Shown piece by piece: positions 1 to 11,382 of a DNA stretch of 64,000 nt. Below the pieces are notes generated by a model. The model did not search any database. It saw nothing but the letters and a program-made list of their open reading frames with translations, and had not been told where the DNA came from. The DNA lies in assembly GCA_028023455.1 (NCBI GenBank), contig JAQFVV010000005.1:10106001-10170000 (forward strand), in the 5' to 3' direction. Numbering within the stretch: position 1 is the first letter of the stretch; each line of letters opens with the position of its first letter. Source of the stretch: Epiperipatus broadwayi. Its lineage: Eukaryota; Animalia; Onychophora. A program made the position numbers and the translations under genes.

Positions 1-2289
1 GAAACAAATTATATATGCTTCTGGCCCTAAATCTCTAAGTTATACCAATACATTTTGATAATAAACCAGTTAGTAAGAAATGCTAGCCCTTATCGGTAAT
101 GTAAATCTGGAGTAACAGTTTAAATACCAACTGATTTATATATATGTGAGATATTAATATTTAAATCATATATTAGTAGAAATTTATTGATCTATGTATT
201 TAAATACTACTTGTAATTATTGACCTCAATTTATTGAGTAAATAATGTTCAGGTCTTATGATTCAATGTAATAATAATAATAATTTATTTACAATAAATA
301 AAGTAGATAAATATCGGATTAATAATAATATAAAAAAATAAAATTCCAAAATATAATAGTTGTATAAGTGTTTAGACCTATGATGATATTAGACAGCAGA
401 CTTATCTTTCATAACCAGGATAAAACATATATATTTACAATTTAATTATCATTAAAAGAACATAAAATAATAAGAATTCTTTAATTAATTGTGATTTATA
501 ATTATAAAACAAGAAAGTCTAAATAAATTATTTATATAACATTTAATTGATAGTTACTTTTAATTCAAAATAATTATATTCCCCTAGTTATACTTATATT
601 CATTTATTTATTTATATGAATTGTTATCAACTATAAAATACCTGATCTTATTAATTTAATGCTACATTCTCTCTATATTTTAAAAAATATATATTAATAA
701 ATTTTGATATATTTATCTAAAGATTGCCATCATTGTTAACTGTCTCTAAGGAATTTAAATCATTTGATGATTGAGTCATGATAATAAAAATGAACAGACA
801 AAATTTACATATATAATTATTTAAAATAAAATGTGAAATGGCTTAAATCATGGGTGGGGAACTGTTTTCTGCCAATAGCCATTTGGATATTTATAATCTC
901 ATTCATCAGGCACACAAAATTATTGACTTAATTATTAGTCTATTATATTTTATCAAAAATTTAATTAATTAATGATGGGCAACTTTTTTAATTGACAGGT
1001 CAATTTCAAGTTTTCTCTTTTAAACAAGAGCCATAATTGTTTTGTGAATAAAAATAAAGTAATATCATTATTATTAAAGACTTCCACATTTAATGATAAT
1101 TTTTCCAATTCACATTGAACTTATCTTCAGACATATATTCTCAAATTGTTTTTTTGTTCTAGAAGAATAAGTCTAGAACAGCTAGAATGCAATCTTTTAT
1201 AAACTCCCCTTTAAAAAATGGTTTAAAAATTTTAGCATTTTTTAATAACTTGCTCTCACAGAATATTCTGACTTGTTTGTACTTCTTACAATGCATGTCA
1301 GCTATTTGATGAAGCTTCTTTTCAAATTTTTCATTTTAATTTTTCTTTCTTATCCAGTAATTTTGTTATAGTTAGAATGTTTTGATAAATATTTTAATCC
1401 TCTGATTCTTGCAGACATATTAGGCACACTTATTAACCATTTCTTTTTAGTAAAAAAATACACATTGGTCTAGTTCTTTTCAAATGCATAATTTTCTATG
1501 TGTGTTTATTTTTATTTCCCTTTAGCCATCCTAATAAAGAAAAAATCATATGCAATATAATAATGAAATGAAATTCCAGTTTTAAATTTGCTACTTATAT
1601 ATTTGTCTCCAAAAATCACTATAAAAACAAACAAAATGCTCTCAGCATAATAGATTAAATCCTAACCAGGTAGATCACACAATATACATAATTGATTGGA
1701 ATATTGCATTTTCGTTAAAATTCAGTAGAATTAGTATGAAGATTGGAGTGAGAAAAAAGATATAGTTGAAAAAAATAAATATTTTATTTTACTTAACTCT
1801 TCATTCAATATTTGCATATGTTATTGCACTGCTCTATGTGCGTTTTTAATTACAAATTTTATTAGGCTCCATTTTATATACATTTCTAAAAAGGCCTTGG
1901 GGTTGAAGTGAGAGGTTTTGGCTACGGGCTAGAAGTTCTTCACCCTAGTTTAAATATCGAATAATAATCACTTTTGAAGTGCTAAATTGTTTAAAATCAA
2001 ATATAAAAGTATTTAATTTAATATTTTATTTTATTTGTTTCTACTTTTGACAAAAATCTAAATTTTAACTTTAGGAAGAGAAATTTTTTTGTTTAAAACA
2101 GTTAGTATTATTTTGTAATCTCTATAATTTATGTTTTTTTAAATAAAGGATTAATGCAAGTTAAAAAATAAACGGAGCAATAGAGATTTAATTTTTAATT
2201 TTTTTATTAATCAAGAGAGAATATGTTTAAACCCGATTTTAAATTCCATTGCATCTCTATAAATAGTGTTTTCAGATTGAGATTTATTG

Positions 2290-2777
2290 TAGGTAGAGTG
2301 TGTGTATAAAGTCAAAACAATTGCTTTTAGTCTCTATGTTATTTGGCGGTGGATTCACAGAAATGTAAAATGGATGACTTCTCCATATTTTATAATATAA
2401 TATGTATGAAGTAGATGACATTTACTTATCTGGTATTTGGAAATTAAGATTCTAAACTGAGTTAAGAACATCGGCATTCATTTAATCTATATAGTAATCA
2501 AAAGCCCAGTCTCATCTCGAGGGATTTTAGTGTTATACACACTATTATATATATATTATATTTAATGTTTTCACGTTTGTATTATGTAGATAAATTAATA
2601 GTTTTTTGGGCTGAACCGTATATTATTTTCCATTACATACGTTATTGTTTGAGGTCTAACGATTTTTCTTTCAAAAGTTAACCTTGATAATGGCGGATGC
2701 TAGTCCGTCGAAATATCGGTATGTAAAGAAACATATATATATATATAGAAGTATTGATAAAGGAAGTTTTTCTCTAA
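2290..2777 (+). mobile_element. Penelope-like element 3' remnant (pseudo-LTR region)
   Basis: Contains the PLE-type end motif CTTGATAA-TGGCGGA-TGCTAG-TCCGTC-GAAA-TATCGG (2683-2719), a hammerhead-core-like layout. Weak GIY-YIG-like traces upstream (VYKVK near 2305, KPSL near 2503). Family assignment is inference. Confidence 0.4.
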
Positions 2778-3289
2778 TTTTGCTATGTATGCTGGGAGTA
2801 TTTATTCAATACCAGCCGAATCGCATCTATACTTTATTAAATAAATTGTAACACACAAATGATAATTTAAGAAAATAAGTTTATTTACTTGCAATAAAGG
2901 TAATTAAAAACAATAAGTAGAATTTACCTTGGGTTCTTTAATGTGATTATAATAAACTGCCGCATGAAAATAAAATATTCTTAAGCACAAGAGAATAAAT
3001 GTATTAATTAGCATATCAGTGCATTACCATTTTCCTTTCGTTTTTTGTTTACAAATAACATGATGGTTTCCTCATCATCTTTCATTAATCGGTGTTTATA
3101 ATTTCAGACTGATTCCATATATATATATATGTATAAACAGTTGGCTTAACACTAGTGTTTTGAAGATTATTTTAAATATCGCTACTAGCATAAATTATCT
3201 TTATCTATTATTCAACAATAATCCTGATAAATGCTAATTTTTCTAGAGTGATCATTTCAATAAAAGAAGACAATTATAATGTACCATAT
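2778..3289 (-). repeat. Old Mag-like Gypsy element: 3' LTR, part 1 (split by the young LTR element)
   Basis: Aligns collinearly by eye with ~14690-15225, e.g. ctgggagtatttattcaa vs ctgggagcatttcttcaa, taaactgccgcatgaaaata vs taaactaccacatgaaaata, ctagagtgatcatttcaataaaa vs ctagagtgatcattttaataaaa. Confidence 0.7.
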
Positions 3290-5395
3290 TGTGACGGTCA
3301 GATGATGTATGTTGGCTTAACCCAGTTCGAATACTAGGCGAAGGTACCTCGGGGCCACTCATACGCGAGATATTAAATCAAGAATACTATGACCCCTGCC
3401 TTCTTCGTATATTCTCGAGACTAACCCACGAACCAACAACACTATTTGAGACACGCATAGATATTTTCTTCCCGAGCCACGAGCTTAGCATCAGCGGGAT
3501 ACATGGACAAAACCACCTGCGGAGCTTAAATAGTTAAATTGCAAAAATACTTAGAAATATGTGTTCTGCGTGCCTGGATCATTTGAAAGTAAAACAAAGC
3601 ATTAAAAGATAACTAGCAAACGCAAGCTTTTTAGTGAAATAAATATCTTTAATAAATGACATTTGAAATATTATTAATAATTTAATGGCCTTCGCTATTC
3701 CCCGAAATTTCTGAATAACTAATGAGACAATGAAAACCCGATTAATATACTTGCGGTCTAAATCTTTCCTTCCCAGTTTTATTAAACATTGTCAACTCGA
3801 ATCTGCTCGATAATGTGTAATAATAAAAATTTTCCGCAAAGCAGTTTCTAATTGCTTTGCACTAAAACAGAGTTTAAAACCATTTAAGATGTATATCGCT
3901 AAATCTGACATACGTAAGAAGCTAATGGCGAACAAAAGAAGCGTTATCGAGGAGATCAAATTGGCAAACAACAAAACAGAAAAAAAAGAAACTTACTCGT
4001 ACTAAATTTTACAAGTATGAATAAAACTGGAAAGGGATTTTTATATGAACAATTAACTAATAAACTTAACCGCAATGAAATTAAAATATTTACACATGGG
4101 AGTAATGAAGAATAGCGAAGAAAAGGGGTTAACTATCTAAGTAGATGATCACATATACATATATCTAACTAGTCTAATAAAAATAGTTACATTATAAATA
4201 TCATTAAGCAAACATTTCATAAATATTCAAGAAAGCAATTATAAAAAGTATGGACAAAAAGGGTAGCATAATGAATAGTTCATGAGGAGAGATATGATTA
4301 CCGTCCTTATTCCTTGGTCATGTTCCATCGACGGGCGTAGCTTGATCCGTCTGATGAGATGTGTTCGACCGGACAAGGAAAGTGGAAATCAGTAGCATGG
4401 TTTCACAAAAAGTCCTCCAGACACGGCACAGAGTTCAGATGACGATTGAGTAAATACTACGGCATTTTTCTGGTATTGAGGAACCCCGGCGATAGGCACA
4501 GCTATTTATTTGCCTAGCCGAGCATATTAGAATCCATCATACTTATACGATTTTTAGCTTGAGCAGGTTCAAACTTCTTCATGATTTGTAGACGATAATT
4601 GTAGACTTTTTGGAATAAAATCACAAACAAAATCTGACAGAGTTCTCCTAAGAGAAATCTGAATGCACCTTGCAATAGCAGATCTGAATGAAACTTGCAA
4701 GAGCAAAATCTTGAATCAACCTTGCAATAGCAAAATCTGATATCACTCTTCCAATAGCAAAATCTGAATGAATCTCCTCTTTTGTTCTCTCCCTTTTATA
4801 ACTTTTTTTCTTAGCTACCTTCTATTGTTTGTATGATCTGAGATCTTGATAAGCCTCCCCATGCTCCTTTGTTTCAAAGCAACATTTTCTAAAAATAACT
4901 TTTACTTTTTTACTCTAAATTTCTTTCTTTAAAGTTTGAATTCTATTAACTAAAAAGAAAGAAAGAGAAGGCCATCTTTAATTTGACTTGAATGGGCTTA
5001 ACTAATTAAAATATACATTCTTTTAGAAATGTTGGTGGGCTTATCTCAAAATCAAATCATACTAAATATTTTAACAAAATTTTAACAACAATATATTATT
5101 ATTTTTTTATAGTAGAATAAGCATTTTATTTCAGCAGAATTTTGCATTAACTCATATATATACGCTAGATGTATATATATGTTTGACTAATAGGTTAAGC
5201 AATTTTTATTAATAGAATGAAATTTATTTAAAACAAAATATTTAAATGTAAAACACATTTGATAAGCATAATTATTTTTAACTCTAATGCAAAACCCTGC
5301 TGATATTGAACTATAAACTTAATTCAGGTCTACAATACTAATTAAGTTTATAGGAAGATGTGAAGCATGGATCGGGCTTCAGATCCATTGCTTCA
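3290..5395 (-). repeat. 3' LTR of young element
   Basis: Starts tgtgacggtcag and ends gatccattgcttca. Differs from 9209-11314 at 5 positions found by eye (3401, 3446, 4391, 4499, 5345). Confidence 0.95.
4629..4771 (-). repeat. Tandem array of ~25-27-bp units inside LTR (second copy 10548-10690)
   Basis: About 5-6 units of consensus AAAATCTGAATG..CTTGCAATAGC, e.g. aaatctgaatgcaccttgcaatagc / agatctgaatgaaacttgcaagagc / aaaatctgatatcactcttccaatagc. Confidence 0.85.
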
Positions 5396-5639
5396 TTTCC
5401 CAATAGTTAGTGAGCAAAAAAAAAATGTTAAAAAAAAATGCTGTTGCTTCAGGTCAGAGGTAAGAATTTGTGCCAGGTGAGTTCAAACCTACTCTTTATT
5501 TGCTGTAATATTTAATTTGTTACTACCTACGGTGTTTTCTTTACTTTATTATATCACTAACGGTTTATCCATAATTCAATCTTCTGTGTCTTAAATCGGG
5601 TCTGTGTTGTATTTAGTCTAACATGGTATGTATCTATTT

Positions 5640-6485
5640 TTAATTTGCATATTTTCCGGGGTCTGGTGGTACATAAGGTTTTATGTTTGTAGCATTATAC
5701 TGTCTTTGTAGGCTGAGATTATTTTTCCAAAACAAAACACTTATTCCACACTTCTTTTTTAATGTGTGAGGGCCTTTATATATTGGGAAGAACTTTTTAA
5801 CTTTCCTCCACACTTTACTACTTGGCCTAAGGTCTCTTAGCCATGCTTGCTTTCCTTTCCTGCATTTATATTGCCGGTTTCGATTCTTGCGATGCCGAGC
5901 TGTACGTCTTAATTTTTCCTTTGCCTTCTTTTCTTGCTCAGTCATGTTCTGGACTTGGAGACAGATTTTCAAGCTATCAAGGTGGTGTCTAGAGTTTCCA
6001 ACAGGTTCTTCTCTAAAACATTTTATGTTGCTAATCTTTGCCACAGGAGTTATAGTATTGATTATTGTCGCAGTAAAGATTTCACTGCCTTGTTGCACCT
6101 GGATTTGGTTCAACAGCTGTTGATAGTCTGTTTTTTTACTATCCTCATTCATTTGTTCAGAGAAGTCCAACTGGTGAATGGCTTCACCTGTTTCATGATC
6201 ACTCGATGATTTCATATCAGTATAGGATTTCATATCAGTGTAGTCTTGTTTTTGAGTATCATCTTCTTGTGATGCTTCTGTCACAATACTCTGTTCTTGA
6301 TGGAGTTCCATATGTGCCTCTAAACGGTTCAATCTTTGCAATGTGATATTCATAAATTCTTGCAACATTTTCATCATCATTTCATCTTCATCTCTCATTT
6401 CTTTGACGAGATCTTCCAAATTGTATTTTTGTTCATTATGAGTACATATTGACCTATAAACTTCGCCTCTCTTCTGTTCCTCCAT
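5640..6485 (-). CDS. 281-aa retrotransposon ORF: coiled-coil/acidic N-terminus fused to a Gypsy integrase C-terminal (GPY/F-like) tail
   Basis: Uninterrupted ATG-initiated ORF. The C-terminus KGKQAWLR..SSKVWRKVKKFFPIYKGPHTL...YNATNIKPYV resembles the Gypsy integrase tail (G..V.L...KF.P.Y.GPY/F...LKPY). The N-terminus is E/Q/M-rich and heptad-like, with no match recognised. Confidence 0.7.
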   Translation of the reverse strand: MEEQKRGEVYRSICTHNEQKYNLEDLVKEMRDEDEMMMKMLQEFMNITLQRLNRLEAHMELHQEQSIVTEASQEDDTQKQDYTDMKSYTDMKSSSDHETGEAIHQLDFSEQMNEDSKKTDYQQLLNQIQVQQGSEIFTATIINTITPVAKISNIKCFREEPVGNSRHHLDSLKICLQVQNMTEQEKKAKEKLRRTARHRKNRNRQYKCRKGKQAWLRDLRPSSKVWRKVKKFFPIYKGPHTLKKKCGISVLFWKNNLSLQRQYNATNIKPYVPPDPGKYAN

Positions 6486-7314
6486 TTTTGCCTAATATTG
6501 GCTATTTTGTTATAAAACAATCACTTTGTTTGTAAAATGTGTTTGTCTTTTCATAAACAATCTGGATAAGTATATTTTTATACTAGGATATTAACACAAA
6601 AAAAATTATTTCTTTCTAAAATAAGTCACTATTCTAAATTCCAACTATCTGTTTTATTTATATGTTTTCAGAAATTTAACTTTGCCTACCTCACGAGGTC
6701 CTATCTTAACCCTATGCCTATATGTATCTGTTTGTACATGAAAATATATAAAATCCTGCCGTGTCTGTCTTTAATATTTATACTACATATTATTCTCCTC
6801 ACTTTACTTTATTTATATTTCATTAAAATATCATTGCTATGTTCCAATATAACTAAAATAATCCACTTACAGCTTGACCTGGCTTTCTCTGACACCTGAA
6901 ACAACTAAAAAAATGCATTTACATTAATACAAGTATATATATAAAAAAATATGTGAGCAAAATATACATAAGTCATGTTTAAAAATTATTTTGGCTCACT
7001 ATGCATACATTGTTATTTTGATCATCTACTATAGTTTGGTTTATTTGATATCCGATATGAGAGATTGCACTTGCCGACAAATTTATTTGAGAAGGGCGCC
7101 AGTCGACAAGACAATGGCCATATCAAATATACATATTAATGGATAATGATCCAAGCACACATTGATAAGGTTTATAAAGTTTAATGCGATTACAATTTAT
7201 TTTGATTTTCACTTCACTTTCAAAAAAAATCTATGCATGAATAAGTAAATGGTATTTTAAATGACAATATTAATTCAGTCTAAGACGCATAACAACTAAG
7301 TAAGGTAACATGTC

Positions 7315-7499
7315 TGACCTGGGTTCGAAACCACGCTACCGTTTTGGTCATGACACACAAAAAAAACAATTTAAACAGCCTAAAGTACGATTAACAAAAC
7401 AAAATATATACAAAAAAAATTAAAATAAAAGTAAAATCCCATGATAACCGCCACTCCGAATTATGAACCTGGGATCGAAACCAACTACCATTTTGGTCA
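7315..7499 (+). repeat. Two ~36-bp copies of a B-box-like hairpin motif in the element leader
   Basis: tgacctGGGTTCGAAACCacgctaccgttttggtca (7315-7350) and tgaacctGGGATCGAAACCaactaccattttggtca (7464-7499), about 150 bp apart. Confidence 0.75.
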
Positions 7500-7886
7500 C
7501 AACCCGAAATAGATTAACAATTATCAAGCAATTTTACAGAATCACGCATTGAGATCAAAAACTGTTTCAAAAAACATTTATATAAAAACGGGTTTTACCG
7601 AACTATAACGAAGTGTATACCATATGCATCCATATATATGAATATGTACATCATTAAATAAGCATATATATGACTACATATAAATATACAAACAGATATA
7701 CCTATACAAATATTTCTTTTATTATCATGTACATGAATTTATTAGAAAGAATGTCAAATTGCCAACCGCATACTCCTATTATTTCAGGCTAGTAAACGCT
7801 GGTCGCAACTATGACAAGGAAGCAATGATTGCGGACATAGACCTATTATTTCAGGCTACACAGCAATCGAGAACTCTACAATGTAA

Positions 7887-7996
7887 GGGGTCTTCACCTA
7901 AACGGTTACTCTAAGGGTCTTCACCAAACATGGTTACTAAAAAACAAGGGCTTCACCTAACGGTTACTCAAAGGGTCTTCACCTAACGGTTACTCA
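7887..7996. repeat. Four-unit minisatellite in the element leader
   Basis: Units gggtcttcacctaaacggttactctaa / gggtcttcaccaaacatggttactaaaaaacaa / gggcttcacctaacggttactcaaa / gggtcttcacctaacggttactcaa. Confidence 0.85.
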
Positions 7997-9167
7997 ATAA
8001 ATGATTCAATAGCATAATCCGAATTGAGAGAAGAAAAAAATCTTAACTAAAGGGTGGCTGACATATATGTTATACAAAAATATCTTTAATATATATATTT
8101 ATTAAAACGAACATACGCATTTACTTTTTTTTTATAAGATAAAATTAAGTTTGCTAGTATTGAAACAAAACTTAACTTATATATGTTTGCGAGGAAACGT
8201 AACTGTAAAATATTTAAAAGTAAAAAAAATTTTGCATGATTACAATTATTCATTATATATAAAAACGAAACGCAGAGAAAGTGAAAAAAATATTTGCTAA
8301 CACCGTACGTTGACACGTGTTAATTTGAACTTATCAAAACTTTTTGATCTTCAAAAAACTTTCTATTAATGGAAAAATGTTATCTCTTAGATCTTCACAA
8401 AAATTTATACAAACGGAAAAAAATTTTTTTATTATCTATTTGTAATTTTTACTAAAATATTAACACTATCGTATATATGTTATATTTCGAAAAACATTAT
8501 TATTTCAAAACTTCTCATGTTTAAGTAGTACTAAAGTAACATAAAGTACGAAAGCTATTTTAAGGGAGGGCGGGTGGGTATATATTTGACACTTCCGCCT
8601 CATCGAAGCTATATACTTTATACGATAAACAACAATATGGCAACTGGCCATCGACAAAACTACTCATTCGGGAAAAAAAATCTTGCTATAACTCTGATAT
8701 CTATACTCATTAATATATATCTTCACTATCTATAAAAAAAAAACTAACGGAGTGTTAACTTTTCTAAATGTAAAACATTCATTTCATATATATACCAAAC
8801 TCGGAAAAAAAATTTTTACTTTATGACACCTTTAACTTTTTAATTAATTTTTTTAAAAAATGACATTTGCTCACATTAGGAAACAAGACTCAGAAAAAAT
8901 TATATATATATATTTTTTATATAAATATATTAAACCAAAACAAACTTCTCAGGGTACTAAAAAAAATTTTTTTTTTTTTAAAAAAATGACATTCGTCCCA
9001 CTGCGACAACTTGAAGCAAAAAATTCACGTATAACTAACAATTATTCGTGTTATCTAAAACAATCACTATATATATGCGTACAAATCCGAGGACAAAAAA
9101 AAATTCTACATATATACTATTATTTAAAACATAAACGCTGCCTACAGGGTGTGGAAAATTTCGAATA

Positions 9168-9185
9168 GCCACACGATGGACGCCA
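9168..9185 (-). promoter_or_regulatory. Candidate primer-binding site, tRNA-Lys(CUU)-like
   Basis: Minus strand reads TGGCGTCCATCGTGTGGC. The canonical Lys(CUU) PBS is TGGCGCCCAACGTGGGGC: 15/18 identical, and one difference allows a G:U pair. It lies 23 nt from the LTR edge. Confidence 0.6.
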
Positions 9186-9208
9186 GAATGCGGAAAAAAA
9201 AAATCTAC

Positions 9209-11314
9209 TGTGACGGTCAGATGATGTATGTTGGCTTAACCCAGTTCGAATACTAGGCGAAGGTACCTCGGGGCCACTCATACGCGAGATATTAAATCAA
9301 GAATACTATGACCCCTGCCCTCTTCGTATATTCTCGAGACTAACCCACGAACCAACAACACTATCTGAGACACGCATAGATATTTTCTTCCCGAGCCACG
9401 AGCTTAGCATCAGCGGGATACATGGACAAAACCACCTGCGGAGCTTAAATAGTTAAATTGCAAAAATACTTAGAAATATGTGTTCTGCGTGCCTGGATCA
9501 TTTGAAAGTAAAACAAAGCATTAAAAGATAACTAGCAAACGCAAGCTTTTTAGTGAAATAAATATCTTTAATAAATGACATTTGAAATATTATTAATAAT
9601 TTAATGGCCTTCGCTATTCCCCGAAATTTCTGAATAACTAATGAGACAATGAAAACCCGATTAATATACTTGCGGTCTAAATCTTTCCTTCCCAGTTTTA
9701 TTAAACATTGTCAACTCGAATCTGCTCGATAATGTGTAATAATAAAAATTTTCCGCAAAGCAGTTTCTAATTGCTTTGCACTAAAACAGAGTTTAAAACC
9801 ATTTAAGATGTATATCGCTAAATCTGACATACGTAAGAAGCTAATGGCGAACAAAAGAAGCGTTATCGAGGAGATCAAATTGGCAAACAACAAAACAGAA
9901 AAAAAAGAAACTTACTCGTACTAAATTTTACAAGTATGAATAAAACTGGAAAGGGATTTTTATATGAACAATTAACTAATAAACTTAACCGCAATGAAAT
10001 TAAAATATTTACACATGGGAGTAATGAAGAATAGCGAAGAAAAGGGGTTAACTATCTAAGTAGATGATCACATATACATATATCTAACTAGTCTAATAAA
10101 AATAGTTACATTATAAATATCATTAAGCAAACATTTCATAAATATTCAAGAAAGCAATTATAAAAAGTATGGACAAAAAGGGTAGCATAATGAATAGTTC
10201 ATGAGGAGAGATATGATTACCGTCCTTATTCCTTGGTCATGTTCCATCGACGGGCGTAGCTTGATCCGTCTGATGAGATGTGTTCGACCGGACAAGGAAA
10301 GTGGAAATCGGTAGCATGGTTTCACAAAAAGTCCTCCAGACACGGCACAGAGTTCAGATGACGATTGAGTAAATACTACGGCATTTTTCTGGTATTGAGG
10401 AACCCCGGCGATAGGCAAAGCTATTTATTTGCCTAGCCGAGCATATTAGAATCCATCATACTTATACGATTTTTAGCTTGAGCAGGTTCAAACTTCTTCA
10501 TGATTTGTAGACGATAATTGTAGACTTTTTGGAATAAAATCACAAACAAAATCTGACAGAGTTCTCCTAAGAGAAATCTGAATGCACCTTGCAATAGCAG
10601 ATCTGAATGAAACTTGCAAGAGCAAAATCTTGAATCAACCTTGCAATAGCAAAATCTGATATCACTCTTCCAATAGCAAAATCTGAATGAATCTCCTCTT
10701 TTGTTCTCTCCCTTTTATAACTTTTTTTCTTAGCTACCTTCTATTGTTTGTATGATCTGAGATCTTGATAAGCCTCCCCATGCTCCTTTGTTTCAAAGCA
10801 ACATTTTCTAAAAATAACTTTTACTTTTTTACTCTAAATTTCTTTCTTTAAAGTTTGAATTCTATTAACTAAAAAGAAAGAAAGAGAAGGCCATCTTTAA
10901 TTTGACTTGAATGGGCTTAACTAATTAAAATATACATTCTTTTAGAAATGTTGGTGGGCTTATCTCAAAATCAAATCATACTAAATATTTTAACAAAATT
11001 TTAACAACAATATATTATTATTTTTTTATAGTAGAATAAGCATTTTATTTCAGCAGAATTTTGCATTAACTCATATATATACGCTAGATGTATATATATG
11101 TTTGACTAATAGGTTAAGCAATTTTTATTAATAGAATGAAATTTATTTAAAACAAAATATTTAAATGTAAAACACATTTGATAAGCATAATTATTTTTAA
11201 CTCTAATGCAAAACCCTGCTGATATTGAACTATAAACTTAATTCAGGTCTACAATACTAATTATGTTTATAGGAAGATGTGAAGCATGGATCGGGCTTCA
11301 GATCCATTGCTTCA
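9209..11314 (-). repeat. 5' LTR of young element
   Basis: Near-identical copy of 3290-5395, followed by the ATAT TSD. Confidence 0.95.
10685..10719 (-). promoter_or_regulatory. LTR core promoter: TATA box and initiator (same motif at 4766-4800)
   Basis: Minus strand TATAAAAG (10719-10712) lies 31 nt upstream of the A in TCATTC (10690-10685). This matches the TCAKTY initiator consensus and TATA spacing known from arthropods. Confidence 0.7.
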
Positions 11315-11382
11315 ATATGTACGAATTACATAAATTTAATAAACTTTATTTACAGTTTAAAATATATATATATGCACAGACA
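11315..11382 (-). repeat. Old Mag-like element: 3' LTR, part 2
   Basis: atatgtacgaattacataaattt...cacagaca aligns with atctacacgaattgcataaattt...cacagaca (~15222-15287). On the minus strand a purine-rich tract gagtgaaaagatgagtgga (PPT-like, ~11385-11403) precedes it. Confidence 0.65.

Larger units (their letters stand above)
3290..11314 (-). mobile_element. Young non-autonomous Gypsy-type LTR retrotransposon with 2.1-kb LTRs (Osvaldo/Ulysses-like by inference)
   Basis: Two 2,106-bp direct repeats offset by 5,919 bp with TG...CA ends. 4-bp TSD ATAT at 3286-3289 and 11315-11318. The internal ORF on the minus strand ends in an integrase GPY/F-like tail next to the left LTR. No RT, RNase H or integrase core is visible in the 3.8-kb internal region. 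Confidence 0.92.

Noticed and set aside
3792-3974. 60-aa ORFs in both LTRs (also 9711-9893) and the 86-aa ORF 10158-10418
   Set aside because: Non-ATG starts and no recognisable domain. The 86-aa ORF's start exists only through one LTR-specific substitution.
4349-4392. CTGATGA...GAAA in the young LTR as a hammerhead ribozyme
   Set aside because: Stem II does not close with a G-C pair next to GAAA, and no stems I/III were found.
5887-6209. Plus-strand ORFs overlapping the 281-aa ORF
   Set aside because: Antisense shadows of the minus-strand ORF, with no independent evidence.
7094-7101. Second TGGCGCCC (Lys PBS prefix) on the minus strand
   Set aside because: Only 8 nt match and it is far from any LTR edge.
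8054-8066. 13-mer gtggctgacatat shared in reverse with ~36116-36128
   Set aside because: Similarity does not extend beyond the word.
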